Shown here piece by piece: positions 1 through 10,873 of a stretch of 64,000 nt of DNA. The stretch is from Thermodesulfovibrionales bacterium (lineage in GTDB: Bacteria > Nitrospirota > Thermodesulfovibrionia > Thermodesulfovibrionales > UBA6898). Numbering within the stretch: the first letter of the stretch is position 1; each line of letters starts with the position of its first letter. The stretch is from NCBI GenBank assembly GCA_044450345.1, contig JBIOIY010000006.1, positions 1-64,000 on the forward strand, written 5' to 3'. Position numbers and translations under genes: made by a program. Below the pieces are notes generated by a model, which searched no databases, had not been told where the DNA came from, and saw only the letters and a list, made by a program, of their open reading frames with translations.

Positions 1-2
1 AT

Positions 3-78
3 TGGCGGTCCCAACGGGAATCGAACCCGTGTTTTAGCCTTGAGAGGGCCACGTCCTAGACCGCTAGACGATGGGACC
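3..78 (-). tRNA. tRNA-Glu (anticodon CTC)
   Basis: Reverse complement GGTCCCATCGTCTAGCGG...GGTTCGATTCCCGTTGGGACCGCCA folds as a cloverleaf; anticodon loop CT-CTC-AA; CCA encoded. Confidence 0.97.
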
Positions 79-99
79 TAAAAAAAGACAATAAATAGT

Positions 100-173
100 T
101 GGCTGGGGAGAGAGGATTCGAACCCCTATAAGCAGATCCAGAGTCTACCGTCCTGCCATTGGACGACTCCCCA
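100..173 (-). tRNA. tRNA-Gln (anticodon CTG)
   Basis: Reverse complement TGGGGAGTCGTCCAATGGCAGGAC...GGTTCGAATCCTCTCTCCCCAGCCA; anticodon loop CT-CTG-GA; CCA encoded. Confidence 0.97.
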
Positions 174-178
174 AGAAC

Positions 179-331
179 TTAATTTATATCATAAAACAGG
201 CCGATTTGTAAACTTACGAAGACCCGTCTTCTCCTTCGCAAGCGGACCTTTGACAGCAGTGCGCTGTCGAACATTCCGAGGTGGCCGCCGGCGGCGGCAA
301 GAAAGTCCTTAACCAGTTCCGGATATTCCAT
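179..331 (-). pseudogene. Possible truncated CheA Hpt (P1) N-terminal remnant, 50 aa
   Basis: Hand translation MEYPELVKDFLAAAGGHLGMFDSALLS resembles the first Hpt helix of CheA (ELxxDFLxEAxEHLxxxExxLLxLE); starts 8 nt after the cheY-like stop, then similarity is lost. Confidence 0.35.
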
Positions 332-339
332 GTATCACG

Positions 340-753
340 TCAGGCTTTTTTCAATGTTTCGAGAAACGGCGGCTTTTTTGCCTGGACCTTCTCTATGAGG
401 TCATAGAGCACATGCGGCTTGAAGGGCTTCACGACGTACCCCCATGCTCCAAGCTTAAGCGCCTTCAGGGTATCTTCCTCCTTGCCCTCGGTGCTGATGA
501 CGATTATCGGTATCTGCCGGTAAATGTTATCTCTTTTCAGTTTTTCCATGAACTGGATACCGTTCATGAGAGGCATATTGATGTCGAGGAGAATCATGTC
601 AAAGTCGTTTTCCCTCGAAAGGACATCGAGCGCTTCGAGACCGTTCATCGCGTCGATTATCCTGCATCCTTCATAGCGGTTGAGCACAAGTCTGTACATG
701 GAATGTATCAGATGGGAATCATCTACGACCAGTATTTTGCTTAATGCAGGCGT
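340..753 (-). CDS. CheY-like single-domain response regulator (apparent ACG start, or decaying gene)
   Basis: Receiver motifs KILVVDD (upstream of the first ATG), LLDINMP, IST, KPF; the frame opens just upstream of ACG at 753, behind an AGGGG SD. Confidence 0.8.
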   Translation of the reverse strand, partial: TPALSKILVVDDSHLIHSMYRLVLNRYEGCRIIDAMNGLEALDVLSRENDFDMILLDINMPLMNGIQFMEKLKRDNIYRQIPIIVISTEGKEEDTLKALKLGAWGYVVKPFKPHVLYDLIEKVQAKKPPFLETLKKA

Positions 754-813
754 ATATTACCCCTATTCTTCTTTGATGTGCCGGTCATCGCTGAGCTCCC
801 TGCGGTTTGGCCA

Positions 814-1278
814 TCATCTCTTGTCCCTATTTTCAAAAAGCGTTTTAACCTCATCCATCAGGTCGTTGATATCCTTGAACTGATGGTAGACCGAGGCGAA
901 GCGCACGTACGCGACCTTGTCGAGATGTTTGAGTTCGGACATTATCTGCTCCCCTATCCAAGTGCTCTGTATCTCCTTCACTCCGAGGCCGAGAAGCCTT
1001 TTCTCGATATTGTCCACAATGGCGTCGAGCCTTTCCGTTTCGATCGGTCTTTTCTTGCAGGCTATATGAAGCCCGTTTTTTATCTTGCCGTTGTCAAAGA
1101 GTTCCCTCCTGCCGTCTTTCTTGACGACCATCGGTACGACGTCCTCGACCCTCTCGTATGAAGTGAAACGTTTGCCGCATTTCAGACATTCTCTCCTGCG
1201 GCGGATGGCATTGCCTTCCTTGCTCGTCCTTGAATCAATGACTTTATCTTCAAGGTTCTCGCAAAAAGGACATTTCAT
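814..1278 (-). CDS. nrdR: Transcriptional repressor NrdR
   Basis: MKCPFC, VIDSR, RRRRECLKCGKRFTSYE zinc ribbon; ATP cone; VAYVRFASVY. Confidence 0.97.
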   Translation of the reverse strand: MKCPFCENLEDKVIDSRTSKEGNAIRRRRECLKCGKRFTSYERVEDVVPMVVKKDGRRELFDNGKIKNGLHIACKKRPIETERLDAIVDNIEKRLLGLGVKEIQSTWIGEQIMSELKHLDKVAYVRFASVYHQFKDINDLMDEVKTLFENRDKR

Positions 1279-1416
1279 ATCAAAATAGTGGCAGTGACTA
1301 GTGTCAGAATAAGACTCTCGTCAGATATCGAGGACCGCTTTATCAGTTTTATCATAAAAAGCATTACTGATTCTATCTTACATTTTTATACCGACCCTAA
1401 TCACGTACACTTTTAT

Positions 1417-2649
1417 TTACCGATAGATCGGAAATGTATCGCAGAGCATGGCGACACGCCCGGCGTTTGCCCTGATGGCCTCCGGTTCCTTGCTGTTATT
1501 GATAACGGCCGATATAAGATCGGCTATCTCGATCATCTCCGTTGTCCCCATTCCACGTGTCGTGACGCTCGGGGTGCCGAGCCGTATCCCGCTCGTTATT
1601 GCCGGGGGCCTCTCATCGTAAGGGATCGCGTTCTTGTTCACCGTAATTCCCGCCTGGTCCAGCGCGTTTTCTGCATCCCTGCCGGTAATACCCTTGCTCG
1701 TTAGGTCCACAAGCATGAGGTGATTGTCCGTACCGCCCGAGATGATCCTGAAACCCTTTTTGACGAGTTCGGAAGCGAGTGTTCCGGCGTTATCGATCAC
1801 TCCCTTTTGATATGACCGGAAATCCTCGCCCATCGCCTCTTTCAGCGCCACGGCCTTTGCGGCGATGACGTGGACGAGCGGCCCCCCCTGTATTCCAGGG
1901 AATATCATCTTGTCCACCGCCTTTGCAAATTCCACCCTGCACATGATCATCCCCCCCCTCGGGCCTCTCAGGGTCTTGTGCGTCGTTGTCGTGACAAAGT
2001 CCGCATACGGCACAGGGGAAGGGTGCAGACCGGCGGCGATCAAACCCGCTATATGTGCGATGTCAGCCATGAGATACGCGCCTGACTCTTTCGCAATGTC
2101 GGAGAATGTCTTGAAATCTATGACCCTCGAATAGGCGGATGCGCCGACGACGATCATCCTCGGCTTCTGCTCGCGTGCAAGCCTCCTGACCTCGTCATAG
2201 TCGATGAGCCCTTCTTTATTCACTCCGTAAGGAACGTTTTTATAAAGTACACCCGAGAAATTGACGGACGCCCCGTGGGAAAGGTGCCCGCCGTGGCTTA
2301 AGTTCATGCCGAGAATCTTGTCTCCGGGCTTGAGGACGGCGAAATAGACGGCCATGTTCGCCTGCGATCCGGAATGGGGCTGCACATTTACGTGCTCCGC
2401 ACCGAAGATCGCCTTCGCCCTTTCTATAGCGAGGTTCTCGACTATGTCCGCATATTCACACCCGCCGTAATATCTCCTGCCGGGATATCCTTCAGCGTAT
2501 TTGTTGGTAAAGATCGAACCCTGGGCATCGAGCACCGCTTTGCTTACGTAATTTTCAGAGGCGATGAGGACTATCTTCTCTTGCTCCCTGCATCGTTCCT
2601 TTTCGATCGCCTCGAAAACCTGCGGATCGGTCGTCTTGAGATCATCCAT
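1417..2649 (-). CDS. glyA: Serine hydroxymethyltransferase
   Basis: [25 protein letters not shown] motif [14 protein letters not shown]. Confidence 0.98.
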   Translation of the reverse strand: MDDLKTTDPQVFEAIEKERCREQEKIVLIASENYVSKAVLDAQGSIFTNKYAEGYPGRRYYGGCEYADIVENLAIERAKAIFGAEHVNVQPHSGSQANMAVYFAVLKPGDKILGMNLSHGGHLSHGASVNFSGVLYKNVPYGVNKEGLIDYDEVRRLAREQKPRMIVVGASAYSRVIDFKTFSDIAKESGAYLMADIAHIAGLIAAGLHPSPVPYADFVTTTTHKTLRGPRGGMIMCRVEFAKAVDKMIFPGIQGGPLVHVIAAKAVALKEAMGEDFRSYQKGVIDNAGTLASELVKKGFRIISGGTDNHLMLVDLTSKGITGRDAENALDQAGITVNKNAIPYDERPPAITSGIRLGTPSVTTRGMGTTEMIEIADLISAVINNSKEPEAIRANAGRVAMLCDTFPIYR

Positions 2650-3103
2650 TTCCGTCTGTCCTTAAACTTTCCTCTATTTTTTTTATCTTATTCAGCCTTT
2701 TCATATGCCGGTCGCCCTCGAAAGGCGTAGACACCCATGTCTTCACGATTTCATGTGCGAGGTCTTTTCCGATTACCCTGCCGCCAAGGACCAGGACATT
2801 CGCGTCGTTGTGGAGACGGCTCATCTTTGCGGTAAAAAGGTCATTGCAAAGAGATGCCCTGACGTTGGGGAATTTGTTCGCGACCATGGACATGCCTAAG
2901 CCGGTGCCGCAGATCAGGATACCCCGTTCGATCTTCCCCGAAGAGACGAGTCCCGAGACTTTCTCTCCAAAATCGGGGTAATCCACGGACGCCGTGCTGT
3001 GTGTGCCGCAATCTACAAATTCGACGTTGAGTGTCTGGAGAAGGCTTACGATCTCTTCCTTCAGCCCGAATCCTGCGTGGTCACAACCTAAGGCAATTTT
3101 CAC
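2642..3103 (-). CDS. rpiB: Ribose-5-phosphate isomerase B
   Basis: [28 protein letters not shown]; usual rpiB-glyA linkage. Confidence 0.96.
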   Translation of the reverse strand: MKIALGCDHAGFGLKEEIVSLLQTLNVEFVDCGTHSTASVDYPDFGEKVSGLVSSGKIERGILICGTGLGMSMVANKFPNVRASLCNDLFTAKMSRLHNDANVLVLGGRVIGKDLAHEIVKTWVSTPFEGDRHMKRLNKIKKIEESLRTDGNG

Positions 3104-3225
3104 CGTAAAAGATACCTTCCTGAATCCCGTTTACCGATTACTACATAGGTCCGGGGGGATATTTTCAACCTGCATATTATCTTATCCGAGCGCCTGTTTC
3201 CAAGTCAAGAAAGCCGCGTTTCTGA

Positions 3226-4682
<1,457 letters not shown>

Positions 4683-4767
4683 TTTTGCGCATTAGGATAC
4701 CATGAACAGGGCCTCGTAGAAAAGAGAGGAAGAGTGGCGGTCGGGCCGATTTTTTTTCAGGGCCCTG

Positions 4768-5340
4768 TTATAAAATCCCTCTCCGCCGCAGTTCCCAGAA
4801 ACATTTTGCGCACGCCTCGATATCGACTACAGCGTTATGTGCCTCTGCGAATTCCTCGTTAAACAGTTTGAAGTGAAGTTCCGAAAGCTTCGGCCATTTA
4901 TAGTCGCCGTAATTGCCGGGGAGTTTACAAAAGTGTGTTGTCGCCGTCATGGTGCAGATTTTCTTGGTTTGGCAAAGTTTGTCCGTAACGCCCTCTCTCA
5001 GAAACTCGGCGCCGACTATTTTCTCATCGAAGCGCACATTGTGTGCCACCAGATACCTTGCCCGCCCTATTGATCCGGAAAAATCTTCGAGGACCGACCT
5101 TAGAGAGATTCCGTTTTTTTCAGCTTTTTCTGTGGTAATTCCGTGGATCCTTGCCGCGTCCCGCGGGATAGTGAATCCCTGAGGTTTTATAATGTAGTCC
5201 TGCCCCAGGACCTTCCTGCCGTCGGCATCGTAGAGCAGCCATGCGATTTGGACCAACCTCGGCCAATTCCCCAGGTCTGAGACAGGCGCGTTCCAGTTTC
5301 TCGGTAATCCGGTTGTTTCAGTGTCGAAAAAAAGATACAT
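4768..5340 (-). CDS. DEDDh 3'-5' exonuclease (DnaQ-like)
   Basis: FFDTETTG (ExoI), AHNVRFD (ExoII), HNAVVD (ExoIII). Confidence 0.9.
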   Translation of the reverse strand: MYLFFDTETTGLPRNWNAPVSDLGNWPRLVQIAWLLYDADGRKVLGQDYIIKPQGFTIPRDAARIHGITTEKAEKNGISLRSVLEDFSGSIGRARYLVAHNVRFDEKIVGAEFLREGVTDKLCQTKKICTMTATTHFCKLPGNYGDYKWPKLSELHFKLFNEEFAEAHNAVVDIEACAKCFWELRRRGIL

Positions 5341-5427
5341 TTCCCTCCGAATCTCACACTGACGCTATAGGTTACCATAAACGGCAGGAACAGACAAAGA
5401 GATCATCGGCGCCTTTCACCTCACCTG

Positions 5428-6180
5428 CTAAGCTTCCTTATATTCTTTTTGCAGGGGGCTCAGAACTGTTTCTTCCACCATCTTGCATATCTCAGCCGTC
5501 GTCTTTCCCTTATACTTTTCGATCGACACAGGATCATGGATGATTACCTTAAGGCGGACCCTTTTTTGCCGGCTGACCTTCTTCGCATTTTCCTTGAGCT
5601 TCTGCGGCCTATGCCATGCGATCTCCGCATCGTCCCTGTAATGAAGGGTCACCGGCAATAACGTGATCTCAGGGTTGAGCTCCATCACCTTGAAGATCCC
5701 TCTGTTGAAAGGCAGTCGCTCGGTGATGCAGCCGGTCGTGCCCTGGGGGAAGACTGCGATGGTCCCGCCCGGATACGTATGAGCGACAGTCTTAACCACT
5801 CTCAGCCTTTCCTTCGATGAGCCGCGGTCGAAAAAAAGCACGCCCATCAACCAGGCGATCTGCCCGATAATCGGGTAATACTTCACTTCCGTCTTGCTCA
5901 CGAATACCGTCGAGAACAGGGCAGAGAGCACGAAGATGTCGAGGAAACTGGAGTGGTTCGAGATGATTAGAAAACCTTTTTTATTATTCTTAAACGCACG
6001 GTAATTTTTCACCTTGTCAATTTTTACCCGATAGATGAGGAGGCAGATTCCGGAGTAGAACCGGACGAGCTTGGGGCCGATGAGCCGCCGCCATGGATAA
6101 AAGAAAAGGAGAAGAAAGAAATATAACGGTGCAAGCGCAATAGTCACAATCAGGAATAGGGCTGTTTTTAGAAAAAACAT
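5428..6180 (-). CDS. Lysophospholipid acyltransferase (PlsC family)
   Basis: NHSSFLD catalytic motif, FDR, VFPQGT, N-terminal TM helix. Confidence 0.9.
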   Translation of the reverse strand: MFFLKTALFLIVTIALAPLYFFLLLFFYPWRRLIGPKLVRFYSGICLLIYRVKIDKVKNYRAFKNNKKGFLIISNHSSFLDIFVLSALFSTVFVSKTEVKYYPIIGQIAWLMGVLFFDRGSSKERLRVVKTVAHTYPGGTIAVFPQGTTGCITERLPFNRGIFKVMELNPEITLLPVTLHYRDDAEIAWHRPQKLKENAKKVSRQKRVRLKVIIHDPVSIEKYKGKTTAEICKMVEETVLSPLQKEYKEA

Positions 6181-6285
6181 GTCCTAAGATACCACGTACG
6201 CGAGGAAGAGCGGAAGGCCGATCTTACTGCCCGCCTTTCATGCATTGCTCCCATCTTCCTTACTTCAAACTTCCGCGCTGATTCG

Positions 6286-6301
6286 TATGACCCCCGTCAT
6301 A
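6286..6301 (+). promoter_or_regulatory. CRP/FNR-family-like palindrome TATGA-N6-TCATA
   Basis: TATGAcccccgTCATA, centred at -41.5 if GATAAT (6323-6328) is the -10; the same motif recurs at 51075-51090. Confidence 0.6.
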
Positions 6302-6353
6302 GCATTTTACCGGCGCCCGTAGGATAATTAGTTATGATAAAGGAGGTACCGAT

Positions 6354-6668
6354 ATGGAAATTCTTGATCTGAAAAATTTGATAAAGTTCTACCCCGACAA
6401 GATAGGCAGGGAGATGCTCTCCGATAAACCGGAGATGAGGATCGCCCTTATGTGTCTTGAGCCCGGCCAGGAGCTCGCCCCTCACAAGGCCCCCCTTCGT
6501 CTTCTCATGTATGTCGTCGAGGGGAAAGGGACCGTCAAGATCGGGGAAGAGGAGATAGAGGCAGACGAAAAAACATGCATACTCTGCGACCCGCTTGTCC
6601 AGCACGGCTTCAAGGCAGACAAGGGAAGCAGGTTTGTGGTGATGGCTGTGGTGACGCCGGTAGATTGA
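6354..6668 (+). CDS. Cupin domain protein
   Basis: LEPGQELAPH...YVVEGKG...PLVQHGF cupin motifs; strong AAGGAGG SD. Confidence 0.9.
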   Translation: MEILDLKNLIKFYPDKIGREMLSDKPEMRIALMCLEPGQELAPHKAPLRLLMYVVEGKGTVKIGEEEIEADEKTCILCDPLVQHGFKADKGSRFVVMAVVTPVD

Positions 6669-6706
6669 ACTGGGAATAGATTAATTTCAGCAAACGGAGG
6701 TAACGA

Positions 6707-6895
6707 ATGTATCTGGTCAATGTAAACTTTGACTGCTGTACCGGCTGCGGTGAATGTGTAAACATCTGCCCGGTCGAAGTATACCGGATGGGGGACAACG
6801 GCAAGACCGACCCTTATCAGGCAGGCGAATGCGTCGGCTGCATGAGCTGCGTCGAGGTTTGCCCCGATAAATGCATAGAAGTCAGAGAGATGTAG
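6707..6895 (+). CDS. 2x[4Fe-4S] ferredoxin
   Basis: Two CxxCxxCxxxCP motifs in 62 aa; GGAGG SD. Confidence 0.93.
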   Translation: MYLVNVNFDCCTGCGECVNICPVEVYRMGDNGKTDPYQAGECVGCMSCVEVCPDKCIEVREM

Positions 6896-6900
6896 CTGTC

Positions 6901-6938
6901 TTAAGATACGGCGGACGGTCTTGCCCGCCGTGTCTTAA
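6901..6938 (+). terminator. Stem-loop after the ferredoxin gene
   Basis: TTAAGATACGGCGG / CCGCCGTGTCTTAA inverted repeat just after the stop codon; weak U-tract. Confidence 0.55.
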
Positions 6939-6987
6939 ATCCTGTCAAAGTGTATTCCAAACCTTGGCACCGGTATCAAGAGCATTC

Positions 6988-7109
6988 CGTATGGGACTGT
7001 ATTTGAGCGGCTTCAATTTCTCGTATTGACCCGCCAAAAGGCGGGGCGAGAAATTGCCTCGCAGGCCGCCCCGGGCGGCCGAGAACGAGCGAAAAGACAG
7101 TCCCATACG
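6988..7109. repeat. Multi-hairpin palindromic intergenic element (REP/MITE-like or ncRNA)
   Basis: Perfect 13-bp terminal IR CGTATGGGACTGT/ACAGTCCCATACG enclosing CAATTTCTCG/CGAGAAATTG, CCCGCC-AAAA-GGCGGG and GGCCGCC/GGCGGCC stems. Confidence 0.6.
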
Positions 7110-7215
7110 CAGTTCATAAACACAAGAATCCCTAATGTGGTCACTTCTCCCTTCCCCTCATGCTCTGTATCGTTTATAATAATTACCCGAATCCCCTCGA
7201 AAGGAAATTGAGAAG

Positions 7216-7779
7216 ATGAAAGAGCGTCTCATCGAACTGGTGCTGGAAAAGGCGTTTAAATACAGCGAAGAGCCTGTCTTCAAGCTCGTATCGGGAAGGA
7301 TGAGCAATTATTATTTCAACTGTAAGGCTGTCACCCTCCATCCCGAAGGCATGCACCTCATCGGGAACATCATCTTCGGGATGATTAAAGATTCGGGTGC
7401 GAAGGGGATCGGCGGGCTCACCCTCGGGGCCGACCCTATTGCTGATGCGGTCGCCTATACTTCTTTCCTGAAGGGCAGACCCTTTGAGGCATTTGTCGTC
7501 CGGAAGTCCGCAAAGTCCCACGGGACCATGCAGTGGATAGAGGGCAACATAACGGGCGGCGACAGGGTCGTGATCGTCGACGACGTCATCACAACCGGTA
7601 AGTCGACCATCGAGGCCATCAACAGGGCGAAGGAGGCCGGTCTCGGCGTTATTAAGGTAATCGCCCTCGTCGACAGACAGGAAGGGGGCAGGGAAAATAT
7701 CGAGGCCCTCGGGCATACGGTCGAGGCGGTCGTCACGCGGGAAGAGGTGATGGCGCTCTATAGGGTTAAGAACCGGTAA
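7216..7779 (+). CDS. pyrE: Orotate phosphoribosyltransferase
   Basis: FKLVSGRMSNYY, VRKSAKSHG, PRPP motif VIVDDVITTGKS. Confidence 0.95.
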   Translation: MKERLIELVLEKAFKYSEEPVFKLVSGRMSNYYFNCKAVTLHPEGMHLIGNIIFGMIKDSGAKGIGGLTLGADPIADAVAYTSFLKGRPFEAFVVRKSAKSHGTMQWIEGNITGGDRVVIVDDVITTGKSTIEAINRAKEAGLGVIKVIALVDRQEGGRENIEALGHTVEAVVTREEVMALYRVKNR

Positions 7780-10606
7780 GATATTTGTCTCTGAAGTCTT
7801 TTACCTCCTCTCTTTTTTTCTCAAGGGCGTCCACAAAGGCCCCGTCATGTTCGAACCCCAGAAAAGCAGCGGCATATTTCAGCTTCTCATTTTCCTTCTT
7901 GAGGACGTTTTCCCCCCTGAGCCTGAGAAAACTCTCAAGAGTGCGGTAAAAAATATATGCGTCCTTTATGGATTCCGCTTCTTCTCTCTGAATGTACCCT
8001 GCCCTTCGGAGCCTGTCCAGCGCCTTTACCGTGCCCTGCACGAGAACTTTTTCTTCGCGCCTGCAATGGGCGAGTTGGAGATATTGAGCAGTGAATTCGA
8101 TGTCCTCGATGCCGCCGGGACCGAGTTTGATATCATACCCCTGGGCCTCTTTCGAAAGTTCTCTCACTATCCTGTCTCTCATCTGCCTGATGTCGGACGC
8201 TGATATCTCCCATCCCCCGGCTATAAGGGTCTCCCTCGCGACGGCGATAAAAGACAAACCTGTTTTCTTATTCCCGCCAACTGGCCTCGCCTTCAGAAGG
8301 GCCTGGAACTCCCAGAAGGCAGCGGCCTTCGCATAGTATTTTTCGAAGCTCCCGAGGGATGAGACAAGAACACCCTTTTCCCCCTCCGGTCTGAGCCTTG
8401 TATCGATGCGGTATGCGACACCCTCTTTAGTATAGGAGATGAGTATCCTGAGCAGTTTTTCTGCGGCCCTGGTCGCCTCCTGACCCGGATCCTCCGGGCA
8501 GACGAATATAACGTCCAAGTCGGAACCGAAGGTTATCTCCCGTCCGCCGAGTTTGCCGAAGCCTATGACCGCCAGGCCCTCGGCCCCTGCACTGAGGTTT
8601 TTCATGCAGACGGACAATATAGCCTCGGCCGTCTTGGAAAGGCCCCTGCCCACCTCAGTCACCCCGACCTTCTTCTGCAAGAAAAGCATCCCCAGCCTGA
8701 TCTCTTCGGTCTGCTTCACGAGTCTCACTGCGTCGTTTACCGCCCTTCCCTCTGAGACGCTGTTGCGTATTTCTTCCTCCAACAGCCTCAAGGTCTTTCC
8801 GTGCCTCTCCTGCCATCCGATCAACTCAAGATACTGAGGTCTGCCGATCAGCATCTTTGAAAGATATTCAGACTGCGAAAAGACATAGGTAAGCATATCT
8901 ATCAGCCGCCTCTCCCCGCCGAAGGTCTCGATATAGGACTCGTTCGTGCTCAGGAGTCCTGCAAAAGACTGAAGGTAATTGAGGACCACATCCGGCGCAC
9001 CGCTCTTCAGCGCGGAGTCGACGAACAGCGGGAGTATCTCTCCGAGCAGCCTTCTGCCCCTCAGCGTCTGGAATGTGAAGGTGCTGTCTTTTATCGATTG
9101 GATATTACGGACCGCCCTGTCGATCTCCCTGAGCCCAGCGGCTGAAAGATACTCCCTGAGTTCGGCATCCGACAGTTCCTCGTCAAAGAAGGTCCCGCTC
9201 ACGGTCGGCTCTTCTTTTTTGCCTGAGAAGAGTGAATCGTATATGTTTCTGACCCTGGACCTCCTGCCCTCGAGGTCCGAGACAAAGGCCGCCGCGTCCG
9301 TAAACCCCATTTTCCTCCCGAGGACTTCCAGCTCGGCCCCGACCGAAGGCACCGTATGGGTCTGCAGGTTGTTCAGTTGCTGAAGTCTGTGCTCGAGCGT
9401 CCTCAGGTGTCGGTAATTATCCGAGAGGATGAAATAATCCTCCTGCCCGACAAGCGCCTTCTGCAGGAGCATATGCAGAACCTTAAGCGTACTCCTCTCC
9501 CTCAAAAGAGGCTCGCGCCCACCGTAGATCAGCTGAAGGGCCTGCGCAAAAAATTCAACCTCGCGTATGCCGCCGTATCCTCTTTTGATGTCCCCTTTTT
9601 TGAAGGTCGCATCGATCCGCGTCTTCAGACTCCTTATCTCGTCTATCGCACCGTAGTCCAGATATTTCCGGTAGACAAAAGGTCTTATCATCTCCATAAA
9701 GCCGCTGCCGAGTTCCGCATCACCTGCGGCCGGCCTCGCCCTTATCAGCATCGCCCTCTCCCATGCCCTGCCCCATGATTCGTAGTACATCTCGTACCCC
9801 CGCAAGGCAAGGGCGATATCGCCCCTCTGTCCCTCAGGCCTCAGTCTCAGGTCTACCCTGTAGGCAAAACCCTCGCCGGTATTAAGCGACAGGAAGCGCG
9901 TAAGCGTCTCTCCGACCTTGCAGTAATACTCGTGGCTGCTGATCCTGTTGACCTTCATCCCCTGGCCAGTCAGCACCCCGCCGGTCTCCCCCAGTTCGGT
10001 ACCGTATACATAGATAAGGTCCACGTCGGAACTGAAGTTCAATTCTTCTCCCCCGAGTTTGCCCAGCGCAATGACTGAAAAGGCGTCGACTGGAGGGGCG
10101 CCGTATGTTTCGCGCATCGATCCTCTTACGATTTCAAGAGAATTCTCCAAGACCACGTCGGCAAGCGCACTCAGTTCATACATGCCATCTACGAGGTCGG
10201 TCTTCTTCAGTATGTCCCTGAGCGTTATTCGCAGGGTCTCCCTCATCTTGAATTCACGGACCACGTCCATCTGAATGTCCAGGGACGGCTGCGACAACGA
10301 CCTGTAGGAGCGGGGCGCTGTTTCGCCTTTTTCTCCCAGAGACCCTTTTAAAGATGCCTTCAGCGCCTCTTTGTCCCGGGGCAGATCCAGGTCCTTCAGG
10401 ATATCGAAAAGAACGTCAGGGTTCGAAATGGAGTAATTCGCCAGAAACTGGCTAAAGCTGAAGAGCAGGGAAATGTTCCTGAGGTTCGCATCGAGTTCTT
10501 CTGTCCTTGCAGGGTTTTCAGAGATGAAGGTCGAAAGGTTGTTCAACGCCCGGTCAGGGTCCGGGGTCGCATATGCAGCATCTTTCAGCAACTCCTGTTT
10601 CATCAA
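7766..10606 (-). CDS. glnE: Glutamine synthetase adenylyltransferase/adenylyl-removing enzyme
   Basis: Two nucleotidyltransferase domains (GKLGGEELNFSSDVDL and GKLGGREITFGSDLDV), RVDLRLRPEG, GGIREVEF. Confidence 0.96.
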   Translation of the reverse strand: MMKQELLKDAAYATPDPDRALNNLSTFISENPARTEELDANLRNISLLFSFSQFLANYSISNPDVLFDILKDLDLPRDKEALKASLKGSLGEKGETAPRSYRSLSQPSLDIQMDVVREFKMRETLRITLRDILKKTDLVDGMYELSALADVVLENSLEIVRGSMRETYGAPPVDAFSVIALGKLGGEELNFSSDVDLIYVYGTELGETGGVLTGQGMKVNRISSHEYYCKVGETLTRFLSLNTGEGFAYRVDLRLRPEGQRGDIALALRGYEMYYESWGRAWERAMLIRARPAAGDAELGSGFMEMIRPFVYRKYLDYGAIDEIRSLKTRIDATFKKGDIKRGYGGIREVEFFAQALQLIYGGREPLLRERSTLKVLHMLLQKALVGQEDYFILSDNYRHLRTLEHRLQQLNNLQTHTVPSVGAELEVLGRKMGFTDAAAFVSDLEGRRSRVRNIYDSLFSGKKEEPTVSGTFFDEELSDAELREYLSAAGLREIDRAVRNIQSIKDSTFTFQTLRGRRLLGEILPLFVDSALKSGAPDVVLNYLQSFAGLLSTNESYIETFGGERRLIDMLTYVFSQSEYLSKMLIGRPQYLELIGWQERHGKTLRLLEEEIRNSVSEGRAVNDAVRLVKQTEEIRLGMLFLQKKVGVTEVGRGLSKTAEAILSVCMKNLSAGAEGLAVIGFGKLGGREITFGSDLDVIFVCPEDPGQEATRAAEKLLRILISYTKEGVAYRIDTRLRPEGEKGVLVSSLGSFEKYYAKAAAFWEFQALLKARPVGGNKKTGLSFIAVARETLIAGGWEISASDIRQMRDRIVRELSKEAQGYDIKLGPGGIEDIEFTAQYLQLAHCRREEKVLVQGTVKALDRLRRAGYIQREEAESIKDAYIFYRTLESFLRLRGENVLKKENEKLKYAAAFLGFEHDGAFVDALEKKREEVKDFRDKYLTGS

Positions 10607-10684
10607 CTATCATGATACACGATTCGCGCCGACTGCGGACAGATCCACACGCCCTTAACCAAGAGAATGCCTTCAAAGCGAAAA

Positions 10685-10832
10685 ATGCAGAGACGTGCGG
10701 AAAAACAACGTTATCTGCGCCACCTTTGTAAGATCATTGCTACTTAGACAGGCATAATGTTCAAGAAAAAGGGTCGATAACGTAAGCAGCAAATTGCGGC
10801 ATTGTAAAGTTTTTTGGAGTATGTCTCTGCAT
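10685..10832 (+). ncRNA. Candidate rod-shaped structured RNA (6S-like shape) or IR-bounded element
   Basis: 14-bp closing stem ATGCAGAGACGTGC/GTATGTCTCTGCAT with two G-U pairs; nested AAAAAC/GTTTTT, ACGTTATC/GATAACGT and ACCTTT/AAGGGT stems; one large asymmetric bulge. Confidence 0.35.
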
Positions 10833-10873
10833 CAGATGGCCTTTTTGGTTAATTTATAGAGTGCGGCGAAAAA

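Noticed and set aside
3..173. tRNA pair as an integration site
   Set aside because: No integrase or duplicated tRNA 3' end in the window; DNA downstream of the tRNAs lies outside it
1341..1356. TATCA-N6-TCATA near nrdR as a third CRP/FNR-type site
   Set aside because: Mismatch at the key G and no plausible -10 at the -41.5 spacing
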